Positions 19,584 to 29,454 of a DNA stretch of 64,000 nt are shown one piece after another (position 1 is the stretch's first letter; each line of letters begins with the position of its first letter). A program made the translations under genes and the position numbers. This DNA comes from a virus. Below the pieces are notes generated by a model, which ran no database searches, was not told where the DNA came from, and worked only from the letters and a program-made list of their open reading frames with translations. The stretch covers positions 3,626 to 67,625 of the IMG/VR virus record IMGVR_UViG_3300049988_000034; one strand, given 5' to 3'.

Positions 19584-20662
19584 TCCGCGGCGGCCTTTTT
19601 CTTCGACGCCTTGGGGGGCTTCGGAACCGGCACGGGCTTGACCGTCAGGCCCATGCGCCACGACTTTTCATCCTGCCACTTGGCGGGGATCATCTTGGCC
19701 GCCCGGCCGCTGATCGGCCAGACGATCGTGAGATCGCCGGGCTCCTCGCCGAACTTGGCGCGGGTAAATTCGAGCATCGACATTCCGAGCCGCGCCTTCA
19801 TGCGATCGAGGTGGCCCTTCACGTAGGCGGCATGCTTGTTCCAGCGCATATACCGCGCCGCATCGACGCGCGCCGCTTCGTTGCCGGACAGATCGATAGC
19901 CGGCGCCATGTCGTTCACGTTGAGGACGGCCAGCTTCGAAACGGTGTCGTAATCGGCCAGCCATGCCGGGGGCGTCTGCGCCTCGACCGCGGACCAGAAC
20001 ATATCGATCGCCGCAGCGATGCGCGCCTGCGTCGGCTCGTGGCGCTCGACCCGCACGCGGTACAGCTTGTTGCCGCCGACGCAGACCACGATCCAGCCGT
20101 GATCCGCCTTCGTCACGCCAATCTGCGCCTGAAGCTGAAGTTGGATATGGATGGGCGGAATGAGATTGTCGAAGTCGCCGTCCGCATCCTCCTCGCTCGC
20201 GCCCCATTGATCCCGGAACACGAGGAAGTCGACGTTCTTGAACTCGACCGGCGGATGTCCGGCCTCGATCGCCTCGTAATCGAGGCTACAACCCCAGCCC
20301 GGCACCTTGTCGTGTTGAAGGTAGCGCGCCGTCTTGCGCAGCTTCCATTCGGGCCACTTCTGTTGCGCCCATGCCGCCAGCGCCGGCTCCAGGAACTTGC
20401 CTGCCGTGACGCGCTCGTTTTCCTTGAAGTCGCTCGCCAGCCGTCCCGCCTTGTTCATCCACAAGCCGAACGACGACATATAGCTGGACAGGCACTGATC
20501 GAACTCCGCGCCCTCCGGCGGCGCCTCGTATGCGTGCAGGACGGAGAACGATCCGTCGACCAGGCGCCACTGGTTGAACAGGCTCGCAATCTCCGATCCG
20601 CCCACGAATTTTTCGCGCAGGGCGAGCCATTCGGCTTCCCCGTTGAAACGAATAGATGGCAT
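19580..20662 (-). CDS. YqaJ / lambda-exonuclease family recombination nuclease
   Basis: EWLALR...VGGSE, G..LEP, SLD, VEFK, IQLQLQAQ. Confidence 0.9.
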   Translation of the reverse strand: MPSIRFNGEAEWLALREKFVGGSEIASLFNQWRLVDGSFSVLHAYEAPPEGAEFDQCLSSYMSSFGLWMNKAGRLASDFKENERVTAGKFLEPALAAWAQQKWPEWKLRKTARYLQHDKVPGWGCSLDYEAIEAGHPPVEFKNVDFLVFRDQWGASEEDADGDFDNLIPPIHIQLQLQAQIGVTKADHGWIVVCVGGNKLYRVRVERHEPTQARIAAAIDMFWSAVEAQTPPAWLADYDTVSKLAVLNVNDMAPAIDLSGNEAARVDAARYMRWNKHAAYVKGHLDRMKARLGMSMLEFTRAKFGEEPGDLTIVWPISGRAAKMIPAKWQDEKSWRMGLTVKPVPVPKPPKASKKKAAAE

Positions 20663-20943
20663 TTTCACTCCTCTTGCTTGGCTGCATCCTTTGTAACTGG
20701 TGTGATGATGAACGGCAAGCGGGATCATGCGTCGATCGGCGCAGACGCAGTTTGTCGGGCGCGCGGCGAAGCGTCGGGCTGGACAACGGCATGGCGGATG
20801 GCGGATATGGAAAGGCCCGACGCGGTGTAGCTACCGCGCCGGGCCAGGAATAACGGCTAAACAGGAGCCGCCCGCATGCAGAATACAGCGCCCGCCGGTG
20901 GTGGGCAACCGACTAAGCGCGTCCCGCACAAGGGATTGCGTTG

Positions 20944-21849
20944 ATGGCCGACATGATCCCCTACATGCGCCTCTACCCATCCGATTATCGCCGCGACACC
21001 ATGCACCTTTCGACCCTGGAGCACGGCGCGTACCTGTTGCTGATTATGGCCTATTGGGAGCGCCGCGAACCGCTGCCGGATGATGACCGCCGACTGGCCA
21101 AATTGACCGGCCTCGACACGCGGACATGGCGCAAAATGCGTGCTGACATGGAACGCTTTTTTGTGGTCGAGAACGGTACATGGATGCACAAAAGGATCGA
21201 CCGAGAAATTGCCTTGGTGGCCAATAAATCGCAGAAATCCGCCATTGCTGGCAAGGCATCGGGCAAGGCGAGGGCGAACGGACGTTCAACGGGCGTTCCC
21301 GTGGAGTTCGAACCCCAGGGGAACCATGTAAAGACGTCAGATGAAAGAGAGAGTTCTTTTCCTGCTAACGCAGAAAAAGAAACTCTACCGCGTGCTGCGC
21401 CCGCTCGATCGTTTGATGTTTGGTGGGAAGCCTACCCCAAAAAGACCGGCAAGGCCGACGCTGATCGGCGGTACGTGGCGGTGTGCAAAAAGCTGATGGG
21501 CGAGCGCGGGATGTCGAAACCGCAGGTGCAGGACTTCCTGTTGCGGGCGATCGGCGCGTGGAAACAGGCGAACAAGGGGCTCGAACCCAAGTTCGTCCCG
21601 AACCCGGCGACATGGCTAAATCAGGGCCGGTTCGATGACGGCCCGGTGGTGAAGATCATGGAGGGGCCGGGCACGCAGGAACCGGGCAAGCCGGCGACAG
21701 CGCGCAAGCCGCACCCCGACATCGTGCCGGACGTGGCGCGCTCGACACCGGAGCCGTTGACCAGCGCGGAGATCGAGCGGCGCCGGACGGAGGAGCGCGA
21801 AAAACAGGAGCGGCTGTATCGCGAGGAGATGGAGGATAGCGGGGGATGA
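20944..21849 (+). CDS. Replication initiator (DUF1376/YdaU N-terminal domain)
   Basis: Y..DY..DT.HLS..EHGAYLLL...YW; F..WW.AYPKK.GK; PNPATWLNQ.RF.D. Confidence 0.85.
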   Translation: MADMIPYMRLYPSDYRRDTMHLSTLEHGAYLLLIMAYWERREPLPDDDRRLAKLTGLDTRTWRKMRADMERFFVVENGTWMHKRIDREIALVANKSQKSAIAGKASGKARANGRSTGVPVEFEPQGNHVKTSDERESSFPANAEKETLPRAAPARSFDVWWEAYPKKTGKADADRRYVAVCKKLMGERGMSKPQVQDFLLRAIGAWKQANKGLEPKFVPNPATWLNQGRFDDGPVVKIMEGPGTQEPGKPATARKPHPDIVPDVARSTPEPLTSAEIERRRTEEREKQERLYREEMEDSGG

Positions 21850-22211
21850 ACGCCGTCGAGCAGGCCCGCAAGGCGGGTATCGAGATGAAGCAAACGCGGC
21901 CGGGGGTCCATTTTAAGACTGTCTGCCCGTGGTGCTCGCACACTCGAAAGAAAAAGAAAGACCCGTGCTTGTTCGTTTCCATAGTTGAGGAGCCGGACAA
22001 ATGGACGGGTGAGTACAAAGTGTCCGTGTTGTGGAAGTGTTACAATCACGGGCCGGGCTGTGATGGTACGGGGGGATTTAGAGATGGCGAAGATCAACGA
22101 CGGGATACTAACGCCGCACCTAATGGGCGTGCTGGAGGATCGCGGACTGGACGTGGACCTGCTGCAAAGCCTAGGGCTGCACGTTCAAAACCCAAGACAA
22201 GTTGGTATTGA
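21846..22211 (+). CDS. Stand-alone primase zinc-binding domain
   Basis: CPWCS..RKKK.DPCL.V...WKC...C..TGG, like the N-terminus of Twinkle/T7-gp4-type primases. Confidence 0.7.
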   Translation: MNAVEQARKAGIEMKQTRPGVHFKTVCPWCSHTRKKKKDPCLFVSIVEEPDKWTGEYKVSVLWKCYNHGPGCDGTGGFRDGEDQRRDTNAAPNGRAGGSRTGRGPAAKPRAARSKPKTSWY

Positions 22212-23676
22212 GCAAACGCTTGTCATGCCCTTCTATCGGGAGGGCGCGCTTGTTCATAAAAAGTACCGCAAATTCATCCCGAAGGGGATGGATTACGACA
22301 AACTCCGCCATTGGCAGGACAAGGATGGCGTCAAGTGCTTCTACAACGAGGATTGTCTTCGCAATCCGCAGTTGCGCGGCCTGCCGCTTATCATCACCGA
22401 GGGCGAGCCCGACACTTGGGCCGTTCTAACCGCCGCCCTCACGGAAGGCCCGTTCGAGGATGGCAATGGAGGCGAGATCGACCTTCGCCGGTGCGTCAGT
22501 GTGCCGGACGGCGCCCCGAACGCGATCATCACCGACGAGGATAGCCCGAAGTACAGCTACCTTGAAGGCGAGGCGGCGGCCCTCCTGAAGACCGACAACG
22601 TGCCGTACATCATCATCGCGGCCGATGGCGACGAGAACGGCGCCAATCTCCTCCACGACCTGTCGCACCGCCTGGGGCGCCCCCGGTGCCGGTTTGTGAC
22701 CTACCCGAAGTGTCGCCCCGATCGCGTGGCGGCGCGCGGCCGAAGCCACTGCAAAGACCTTGGCGAGGTGCTGGAGGATTACGGCCCCAAGGGGGTGCGC
22801 GAGGCCATCGCGCTCGCCAAATGGATCAAGGTGGATGGCGTCTACGCCATGTCCGAACTGCCGCCGATGCCGACGCCGGTCAGCTACGAGGTGGGGCATG
22901 GCGCGCTGGCCGACCACTACAAGATGCGCCTCGCGGATGTCACGTTCGTGACCGGCGTTCCGAGCCACGGAAAGACGACGGCGATGAACGCGATCGTGTG
23001 CGAGGTGGTCAAGCGGTACAAGGTGCGCGCCGGCTTCGCGTCGTTCGAGCAACACCCGCAGATGGACCACCGCCGCAACCTGCGCGCGTGGCACGCCCGG
23101 AAGCCGCATATCCACCAGAGTTGCGACGAGGAGGCCGAGGCGGATGCGTGGATCGATGATTATTTCCGCTTCATCGTCCCGAGTGAAGATGACGACGTGG
23201 ACATCGAATGGTTCCTGGAGAAAGCCGCCGCGGCTGCGATCCAGCACGGGGTCAAGATATTCGTGCTCGATCCGTGGAACGAGATGGACCATATGCGCCA
23301 CCGCGACGAGACGCAGACAGAATACACCGGCCGCGCGATCAAGATGGTTAAGAAGTTCGCACGCAAGTTCCACGTTCACGTCATCATCATCATGCACCCG
23401 GTCAAGATGCGCCGCGGTCCTGATGGCGAGTATCCGGTGCCTACACTGTACGACGGCGAAGGCTCCGCGCACTGGTACAACAAGGCCGACGCGGGGATCA
23501 TTATCTATCGCAAGAACGATCTAACGTATTTCTGGGTACAGAAAAGCCGATACCACGACGACATCGGCAAGCCCGGTGCTGTGTCCGCTTACTATTCGCC
23601 GGGCGACAAGCGCTTCGTGGGTGTCGAGGAAGTTTTTACGGGCCAACAGTCACTTCAGGAGATGCTACCAGTATGA
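22084..23676 (+). CDS. TOPRIM primase-helicase (T7 gp4/Twinkle-like), lacking its Zn domain
   Basis: IITEGEPD, SVPDGA, ADGDENG TOPRIM motifs; Walker A GVPSHGKT; VLDPWN; GSAHWYNKAD. Confidence 0.9.
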   Translation: MAKINDGILTPHLMGVLEDRGLDVDLLQSLGLHVQNPRQVGIEQTLVMPFYREGALVHKKYRKFIPKGMDYDKLRHWQDKDGVKCFYNEDCLRNPQLRGLPLIITEGEPDTWAVLTAALTEGPFEDGNGGEIDLRRCVSVPDGAPNAIITDEDSPKYSYLEGEAAALLKTDNVPYIIIAADGDENGANLLHDLSHRLGRPRCRFVTYPKCRPDRVAARGRSHCKDLGEVLEDYGPKGVREAIALAKWIKVDGVYAMSELPPMPTPVSYEVGHGALADHYKMRLADVTFVTGVPSHGKTTAMNAIVCEVVKRYKVRAGFASFEQHPQMDHRRNLRAWHARKPHIHQSCDEEAEADAWIDDYFRFIVPSEDDDVDIEWFLEKAAAAAIQHGVKIFVLDPWNEMDHMRHRDETQTEYTGRAIKMVKKFARKFHVHVIIIMHPVKMRRGPDGEYPVPTLYDGEGSAHWYNKADAGIIIYRKNDLTYFWVQKSRYHDDIGKPGAVSAYYSPGDKRFVGVEEVFTGQQSLQEMLPV

Positions 23677-24266
23677 GCAAGAGGTTTGGACGTAATCAGC
23701 GGCGCGCGATGCGTGCCATCATCGCCAGCAAGGATAGCGCGCTCGACGGGGCGTTCGAGGAGATCGACCGGCAGCGCGCATTGACCAAGCGGGCGTGGGA
23801 GCAAACGCATCGCCTGGAGCAACAGCTATCGAGGTGGGCGATGCGCATTCATGCGCTCGTCGGGCCGGGAAGCGCCTTCGCGCTCGATCCCGAAACGCAG
23901 GCGGTGGCGAACGACTATTTCGAGATGATCGCGGTGGGTGGGCGCCCGCACCACATCCGGCCGCCGCGCCCGCTGTCGATTGGCGACTTGCTGGAAAACC
24001 GGCCCATGCGCGTCGATACGGCGGAGATGATCGTCGAGGCGTTCGCATTCTTCGCGTCGCGTCACGATGATGCCCTGTGGTCGCGCCAGATCGTAGAACT
24101 GCGATCGAGGGACGGCAGGCAAGCGCTGATGATGGACGACCGTACCTATCACGACCTGAAGGCGCGCGATCCCGGCTACCTGGTGCGCTACTTCCACGAA
24201 CGCCTGATGGCCGCATTCCTTGCGCCCAAAAAAGAACCCGCCGGGCGCAGGGCCAAGCGGGCTTAG
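23673..24266 (+). CDS. Hypothetical protein
   Basis: Coupled ORF beginning MSKRFGRNQRR. Confidence 0.65.
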   Translation: MSKRFGRNQRRAMRAIIASKDSALDGAFEEIDRQRALTKRAWEQTHRLEQQLSRWAMRIHALVGPGSAFALDPETQAVANDYFEMIAVGGRPHHIRPPRPLSIGDLLENRPMRVDTAEMIVEAFAFFASRHDDALWSRQIVELRSRDGRQALMMDDRTYHDLKARDPGYLVRYFHERLMAAFLAPKKEPAGRRAKRA

Positions 24267-24288
24267 GTCATTAGGAGAGGATGCCTTT

Positions 24289-24320
24289 AAGGCCCGCCCG
24301 GTATCCCCGGTGCGGGCCTT
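24289..24320. terminator. Hairpin between convergent genes (probably a bidirectional terminator)
   Basis: AAGGCCCGC(C)CGG ... CCGGTGCGGGCCTT inverted repeat. Confidence 0.6.
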
Positions 24321-24324
24321 GGTG

Positions 24325-24894
24325 TCAACGGGCTTTCAAGTCGCTGAAGCCGTACAGATCGTCGTGCTCGCGATCGAGCGCGTCGATGTCGTGCTGCACC
24401 TTGGCGTTGTGGCTGGCGTTCTCCGCGTCGGTCATCGGCCGCGCCTTGATCCGCTTCGGCGCCGGCTTCACCGCCTGGGCGATCCGGCCGAAGCCGCCGC
24501 GCCCGTACTTATTCATCGCAGACCAGACCGCCATGTATGCGTCGTGGAGCGGATCGCTCTTTACGCTGTCCTTGAAGTTCTCGTACCCGATCCCGCGTAC
24601 GCTGGCGGCGATCATGTTGGCTACGTGGTCGCGGTGCAGGAAGATGCGAACCGGATAGTCGCGGCCAGGCCACTCGACCACCAGCGCTTCGGTCTTAGCG
24701 GCTGTCCAGTTCATCGCCTGGGCGATGATTGCCACCAGATCGGCGCGACTGCGCGACCGGATGCACAGGGTGTACTTGACCAATTCGGGCAATTCGTTTG
24801 CGCGCTGCACGGGCACGTCGCGGCAGTAGCGGGCATAGTCGGCCTTTTTGCCCTGTACGATCGACAGGAAGCCGGTGTTGGTAGCAATCCACAT
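24325..24894 (-). CDS. Conserved phage hypothetical protein
   Basis: MWI.T..GFLSIV ... DYPVR ... YENFK pattern; promoter and leader upstream. Confidence 0.7.
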   Translation of the reverse strand: MWIATNTGFLSIVQGKKADYARYCRDVPVQRANELPELVKYTLCIRSRSRADLVAIIAQAMNWTAAKTEALVVEWPGRDYPVRIFLHRDHVANMIAASVRGIGYENFKDSVKSDPLHDAYMAVWSAMNKYGRGGFGRIAQAVKPAPKRIKARPMTDAENASHNAKVQHDIDALDREHDDLYGFSDLKAR

Positions 24895-24902
24895 GGTAGG
24901 TA

Positions 24903-24951
24903 TCTCCGTTGCTTGGCATCATCTGTTTATCACAACGGAGATAATCGTCAA
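24903..24951 (-). promoter_or_regulatory. Sigma70-like promoter with GCCAAGCA leader and SD
   Basis: Minus strand TTGACG...TGTGATAAA...GCCAAGCAACGGAG; near-identical to the element at 31592-31634. Confidence 0.65.
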
Positions 24952-25391
24952 CCCCCTATGACGGGTACGCGCGAATAAGGTTCGGCGCAGCCGGGATCGC
25001 CGGGATAGAAGCCCTTGGGATCGGGCAGCAACACCTGCATGAGCCGGAACGGGGTGGCCAGGTGGTACTCCGCGATGCGCAGGGTGTGCAGGACTTCCGA
25101 CGCCCGGCCCACGTTGGCATCGACGACCTTCAGGCGCGTCGGCGCCTTCGCCTGGGGCTTGAACGTGTAGCCCGAGCGAGGGTCACGCGGCAGCATGCGC
25201 GAGACGTGGTGCAGGAGGTCGCGCACGCCCGCGTCGGCGCTGCCGATCAACAGGAGTTCCGGGCCGCCGTGGATCGCGTTGCCGATCGTGTAGGCGTAGG
25301 GCATCGCGTCCTCGACGATGAATACGGCGCGCAGGTGTTCCGCGCGCTCCGCGTCGACATAGGCGCGGAAGTCGTGGTCGGTGTTGAACAT
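24948..25391 (-). CDS. DUF4262-like protein
   Basis: YAYTIG....G.PELLLIG ... Q.LLPD..G.YP.D. Confidence 0.65.
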   Translation of the reverse strand: MFNTDHDFRAYVDAERAEHLRAVFIVEDAMPYAYTIGNAIHGGPELLLIGSADAGVRDLLHHVSRMLPRDPRSGYTFKPQAKAPTRLKVVDANVGRASEVLHTLRIAEYHLATPFRLMQVLLPDPKGFYPGDPGCAEPYSRVPVIGG

Positions 25392-25436
25392 GGTTCCTCC
25401 AATGAGAAACGGCGGAGCATCCAGCCCCGCCGTTGG

Positions 25437-25577
25437 TTAATACGAAAGTCGGCCGATCGTGCGCAGCGTCCGGCGGTGGCGCCGCTCGCGTCGGGCTCGC
25501 CGGGTGCTCCGCCAGCCGTAGCCGGCGAAGAACCCGCACAAGAGCCCGATCGCGAGGATCACGAACGGGCTTATCAC
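25437..25577 (-). CDS. Small single-TM peptide with Arg-rich tail (MISPFVILAIGLLCGFFAGYGWRSTRRARR...)
   Basis: GTGA overlap with the mucR stop; 46 aa. Confidence 0.45.
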   Translation of the reverse strand: MISPFVILAIGLLCGFFAGYGWRSTRRARRERRHRRTLRTIGRLSY

Positions 25578-26062
25578 CCCTTCGTGATGCCGGTTTCAAG
25601 GGCGCCCGGCTTGCGCCCGAGGCCGATCTTTTTGGCCATGGCGCGTCGCGCATCCGAATAGGATGGAGCGACCATCGGGTAATCTGCCTTCAGGCCATAA
25701 CGCTCGCGGTACTGGTGCGGGGTCATCCCATGCGTCGCGAGATGGCGGCGCAGCGTCTTGTACGGCTTGCCGTCGATCATGCTGATGATGACATCCGGGT
25801 TCGCCAGCGACTTGCGGGTGGTCACTGCCGGCGTGTAAACCGCGGGCTCGCCGTCGGTCGTCTCCGCGGGCGATGCCACGGTGTGCTCCCCGATATTGCC
25901 GACTGCGATCGAGACTTCCTTGATCGCCTGTATGGTTTCTGCGATCCCGCCTGGGATGAAGTTGGCCGACACCATGGCAGCAACGATGCTGGCGGTGGCG
26001 CCCATGATGACCTGCCGATGGGCGAGGGTGTCGGTGGTCACGAGATTGTCCGTACGTGTCAT
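25574..26062 (-). CDS. mucR: MucR/Ros-family transcriptional regulator
   Basis: PAV..RKSL.NPD.IISMIDGKPYKTLRRHL..HGMTP.QYRERYGL..DYPMVAP.YS..R...AKKIGLGRK. Confidence 0.93.
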   Translation of the reverse strand: MTRTDNLVTTDTLAHRQVIMGATASIVAAMVSANFIPGGIAETIQAIKEVSIAVGNIGEHTVASPAETTDGEPAVYTPAVTTRKSLANPDVIISMIDGKPYKTLRRHLATHGMTPHQYRERYGLKADYPMVAPSYSDARRAMAKKIGLGRKPGALETGITKG

Positions 26063-26118
26063 TCTATTCTCCGTTGCTTGGCAGGTATTAAATGAAAAGT
26101 GGTCACGTTAAGTGACAA

Positions 26119-26478
26119 CTAAGCCTTGATAGAGCCTTTTATCTGATTGAACAAGGCATCGGGGTCGGTGTGATGCGTCAGGAACTCGTGGGGCCACTGG
26201 AACACCGTTTCAGGGTCCGGCTTCACCTGTTCCCGCGCATCCCCATAATCGGGGTGCTGCGCGCTCTTGCAGCTATTGCGCATGAAGATTAGCGCGCCTG
26301 CGCACATCGAGCGCGCATCCCCTCCCCCGGTCGGGATCGTCTTGTGGCACGGCAGCGGGGGGCCGTCGTGCTGCACCTGCCCGATGAAGGCGTCGGCCGA
26401 ATATCCGCCGAGCCATCCCGCAGGGTGCTTGCGACGCCATGGGCATTCGTCGCAAGGCACCGTGTGGTTTAGCTTCAT
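26119..26478 (-). CDS. Cys-rich hypothetical protein (DUF6283-like)
   Basis: PC.ECPWR, CHK, CAGAL motifs. Confidence 0.6.
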   Translation of the reverse strand: MKLNHTVPCDECPWRRKHPAGWLGGYSADAFIGQVQHDGPPLPCHKTIPTGGGDARSMCAGALIFMRNSCKSAQHPDYGDAREQVKPDPETVFQWPHEFLTHHTDPDALFNQIKGSIKA

Positions 26479-26726
26479 CGGCCCCGCGCCTTCCGGTGCT
26501 CCACATAGGCGGCACGCGACAGTTCCCGAGCCGTCGCCGCCATGGCCGCGAGTTCGGGGGCGAGTTCGCAGTGTGCCTCCACCTTGCCGGCGATTGTGGC
26601 GCCCGCGAGCATGTAGGCCGCGGCCTTCTGTGCTGCGTCTGGTAGCGTGCCCACTACGCGGAGGATGGCCTTGTGAGCCTCCTCCGCTGCGTGGGCCGCA
26701 ACGTCGATTACGACCTTCTCGTTCAT
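26475..26726 (-). CDS. Hypothetical protein
   Basis: ATGA overlaps on both sides. Confidence 0.55.
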   Translation of the reverse strand: MNEKVVIDVAAHAAEEAHKAILRVVGTLPDAAQKAAAYMLAGATIAGKVEAHCELAPELAAMAATARELSRAAYVEHRKARGR

Positions 26727-27919
26727 GCTTCCACCGCAACCTTGTTGAGGAGGCGACCGGCGATGCCCTCCATCTTCACCCGTGCGTCCTGATGGGTTTC
26801 GCTGCGCGCCTGCGCGGTGATCGCCTGGGCATAGTCCCAAACGCTTTCCGGGGGCCGCCCCTCCTCGACGATCGATGTCAGAACCAAGTCCTGCGCGCGC
26901 TTGGTGCTGAAGCCGAGCGTCTTCAGGAACCCGAGCCGCTTCGCGCCAGCCTCGTCGCCGTCGCCGCCGGTCACGACTGCCGCCTTCGCCGCAGCCACGC
27001 CTGCCACCAGCTTTTTCGTGCCGGCTTCAGCGTACGACTGGAGCGCGGGCGCCGCGTCGAGCATGAACCGGCCCGGTGCGCCTGCCGTGTGGCGAAACGT
27101 GGTTTCCTGGAAACCCTCGACACCCCAGAGATTGCGGTTCATGCACACGCCGCGCAGATACATCGTCGCGATGCCGAACGTCTTGTCGCCGACTTCCGAG
27201 TTCCAGGTGTAGAAACCGCGGAACATGAGATCGGGATCGCCATTGGCCAGCTTGCCAACCTCGATCGGGTTCATGTCGTCCACGAGGAACAGAAAGAGAT
27301 CACGATCGCTCGCATAGAGCGTGGTGTTGTCCTTCGTGATGTCCACGTTGGGATTGTACGAAACGCCGTGCTCGCTACCCCAATCGATCGTGCCCGGAAC
27401 CTTCCACCGGGTGTCGCCGGTGCCCTGCCCGGCCAGCTTCATTACTTCGGCGACCACGCTGTGATCGTGGATGCGGCCGTACTTCGTGGAGGTGACAGCG
27501 CGGAGCACGTCGGCCTCGTCTTTCACGCCCATGAGATACGCCTGGATGGCCTTATCTTCGCGCTTGGCTTCAGCTTCGAAGCCGGCGTTGAGGCAGTCGG
27601 CCGCGATCGATGCGGGCAGCTTGCGCAGGTAGGAGGCGGGCGCCTTGGCGATGCCGGCAATCTCGCCGAACGCGAAGTTGGTCGGGTTCATCGGCTCGTC
27701 GCGCAGCCCGGCGAGCATCAACCCGCCTTCAGGGGTGGCGTGCGCACGGAGATCGGACACCTTCACGTCGCGGGCTTCGCTGGCGTTCGCCCAATCGAGC
27801 GTCTGTGCGTGGACATCACCGAGCGACAGGAAGCGCTGGTCATCGGTGCGGGTGAACCACTGTTCCGAAACGGTGCCGATGCACTGTCCCTTGGTGTGGT
27901 CGATTTTGTAGGCGGTCAT
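26723..27919 (-). CDS. DUF932-family protein
   Basis: RAVTS.KYGRI.D, LYASDRD.F.FLVD, RGFY.WNSEVG, CMNRNLWG. Confidence 0.75.
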   Translation of the reverse strand: MTAYKIDHTKGQCIGTVSEQWFTRTDDQRFLSLGDVHAQTLDWANASEARDVKVSDLRAHATPEGGLMLAGLRDEPMNPTNFAFGEIAGIAKAPASYLRKLPASIAADCLNAGFEAEAKREDKAIQAYLMGVKDEADVLRAVTSTKYGRIHDHSVVAEVMKLAGQGTGDTRWKVPGTIDWGSEHGVSYNPNVDITKDNTTLYASDRDLFLFLVDDMNPIEVGKLANGDPDLMFRGFYTWNSEVGDKTFGIATMYLRGVCMNRNLWGVEGFQETTFRHTAGAPGRFMLDAAPALQSYAEAGTKKLVAGVAAAKAAVVTGGDGDEAGAKRLGFLKTLGFSTKRAQDLVLTSIVEEGRPPESVWDYAQAITAQARSETHQDARVKMEGIAGRLLNKVAVEA

Positions 27920-28155
27920 CGCAATCTCCTCTTGCTTGGCGACGCTGTTATTATCACAGCCGGAATACATAGCAATAGGCAATCGCGTCTTTTTTCATGG
28001 TCCTTGGCGGCCGACGAACCATCCCGTATATGGAGGTGGTCTATCCCTCCCGAGGCCGGCGCTATCCGGGGGTGATTGCTTGGCAGGGCCGCCGATCCTA
28101 GGCCGGACGCGCATTGCGTTGGGGATCGGTGGTCACAGCATCACAAGGGGGGATT

Positions 28156-29454
28156 ATGGCAGTTTCGAACCTGGAGATCGTATATCGCGACCCGCGGACG
28201 CTGAAGGCGTATGCGCGGAACACGCGGACCCATACGGACGAACAGGTAGAGCTGATCCGATCCGCCATTGCCCGCGTCGGCTTCACCAATCCCATCCTCC
28301 TGAAGGAGGACGGCGAAACGATCGGCGCCGGCCATGCGCGGCAGCGCGCGGCCATCATGGAGGGCCTGTCGAAGGTTCCCACGATCACGCTGCACGGCCT
28401 CACGGAGGAGGAGTGGCGCGCGAACGTCATCATGGACAACCGGCTTGCCGAAGCGGGCTCCGGGTGGTCAATTCCCATGCTTACGCAGGAGATTGGCGAC
28501 CTGAAGGCCGATGGCTTCGACGTGGCGCTCCTGGGGTTCGACGCCGACTTCCTGAATGGCCTGTTTCCGGTCGAGAACGCGGGCGAGGGCGACGCGGACA
28601 GCGCGCCCGGGATCACCGAGAACCCCGTCCCCGTGCTGGGCGACGTGTGGCTCCTGGGCAATCACCGCCTGGTGTGCGGCGACAGCACGACCGTGGAGGC
28701 CGTCGACAAGGCCCTTGCCGGCGTAAAGCCGCTCCTGATGGTCACGGACCCGCCCTATGGCGTGAAGCTGGACCCGTCGAAGCGCGCGAAGGGCATGGAT
28801 GATGGCTCCACGCGCGCCGTCGGCAAGATTATGAACGACGATCGCGCGGACTGGCGCGAGGCGTGGGCGCTGTTCCCCGGCGATGTCGCCTATGTCTGGC
28901 ACGCCGACAAGACCTCTTACGAGGTGGAGGAGAGCCTTCGCGTCGCGGGGTTCGACAAGCGGGCGCAAATCATCTGGAAAAAGGGCCGCCCGGTGCAATC
29001 CGTCGGCAACATTTCCAAGCACTCCATGGGGTACAATTCGCAGCACGAGGCGTGCTTTTACGTCGTGCGCAAGGGCTCCAAGGTGGATTGGAAGGGCGAC
29101 CGCTCGCAGTCGACGGTATGGGACATCGACCATACGAAGTCGGACACCGGGCACGGCTCGCAGAAGCCCGTCGAGGCCATGGAGCGCCCCATTCGCAACA
29201 ACTCCTCGCCGGGGCAGGCGGTGTACGAGCCCTTCAGCGGATCGGGCACGACGATCATCGCGTGCGAGAAGTCGGGGCGCGTCTGTCACGCGATCGAACT
29301 CGATCCCGCCTATGTCGAGGTGGCGATCCTGCGCTGGCAGACCTTCGCCGGCCAAGGGGCGGTCCTGGAGGCTACGGGGCAGACCTTCACGGAGGTGATG
29401 GGCGACCGCGTGCCGGGCAAGGTGATCGTCGCCGGCAAGGCGCGCAAGGAATGA
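28156..29454 (+). CDS. ParB-like N-domain fused to an N6A/N4C DNA methyltransferase
   Basis: N.RTH...GFTNPIL..GH.R (ParB); TDPPY; QKPVE; EPFSGSGTT. Confidence 0.92.
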   Translation: MAVSNLEIVYRDPRTLKAYARNTRTHTDEQVELIRSAIARVGFTNPILLKEDGETIGAGHARQRAAIMEGLSKVPTITLHGLTEEEWRANVIMDNRLAEAGSGWSIPMLTQEIGDLKADGFDVALLGFDADFLNGLFPVENAGEGDADSAPGITENPVPVLGDVWLLGNHRLVCGDSTTVEAVDKALAGVKPLLMVTDPPYGVKLDPSKRAKGMDDGSTRAVGKIMNDDRADWREAWALFPGDVAYVWHADKTSYEVEESLRVAGFDKRAQIIWKKGRPVQSVGNISKHSMGYNSQHEACFYVVRKGSKVDWKGDRSQSTVWDIDHTKSDTGHGSQKPVEAMERPIRNNSSPGQAVYEPFSGSGTTIIACEKSGRVCHAIELDPAYVEVAILRWQTFAGQGAVLEATGQTFTEVMGDRVPGKVIVAGKARKE

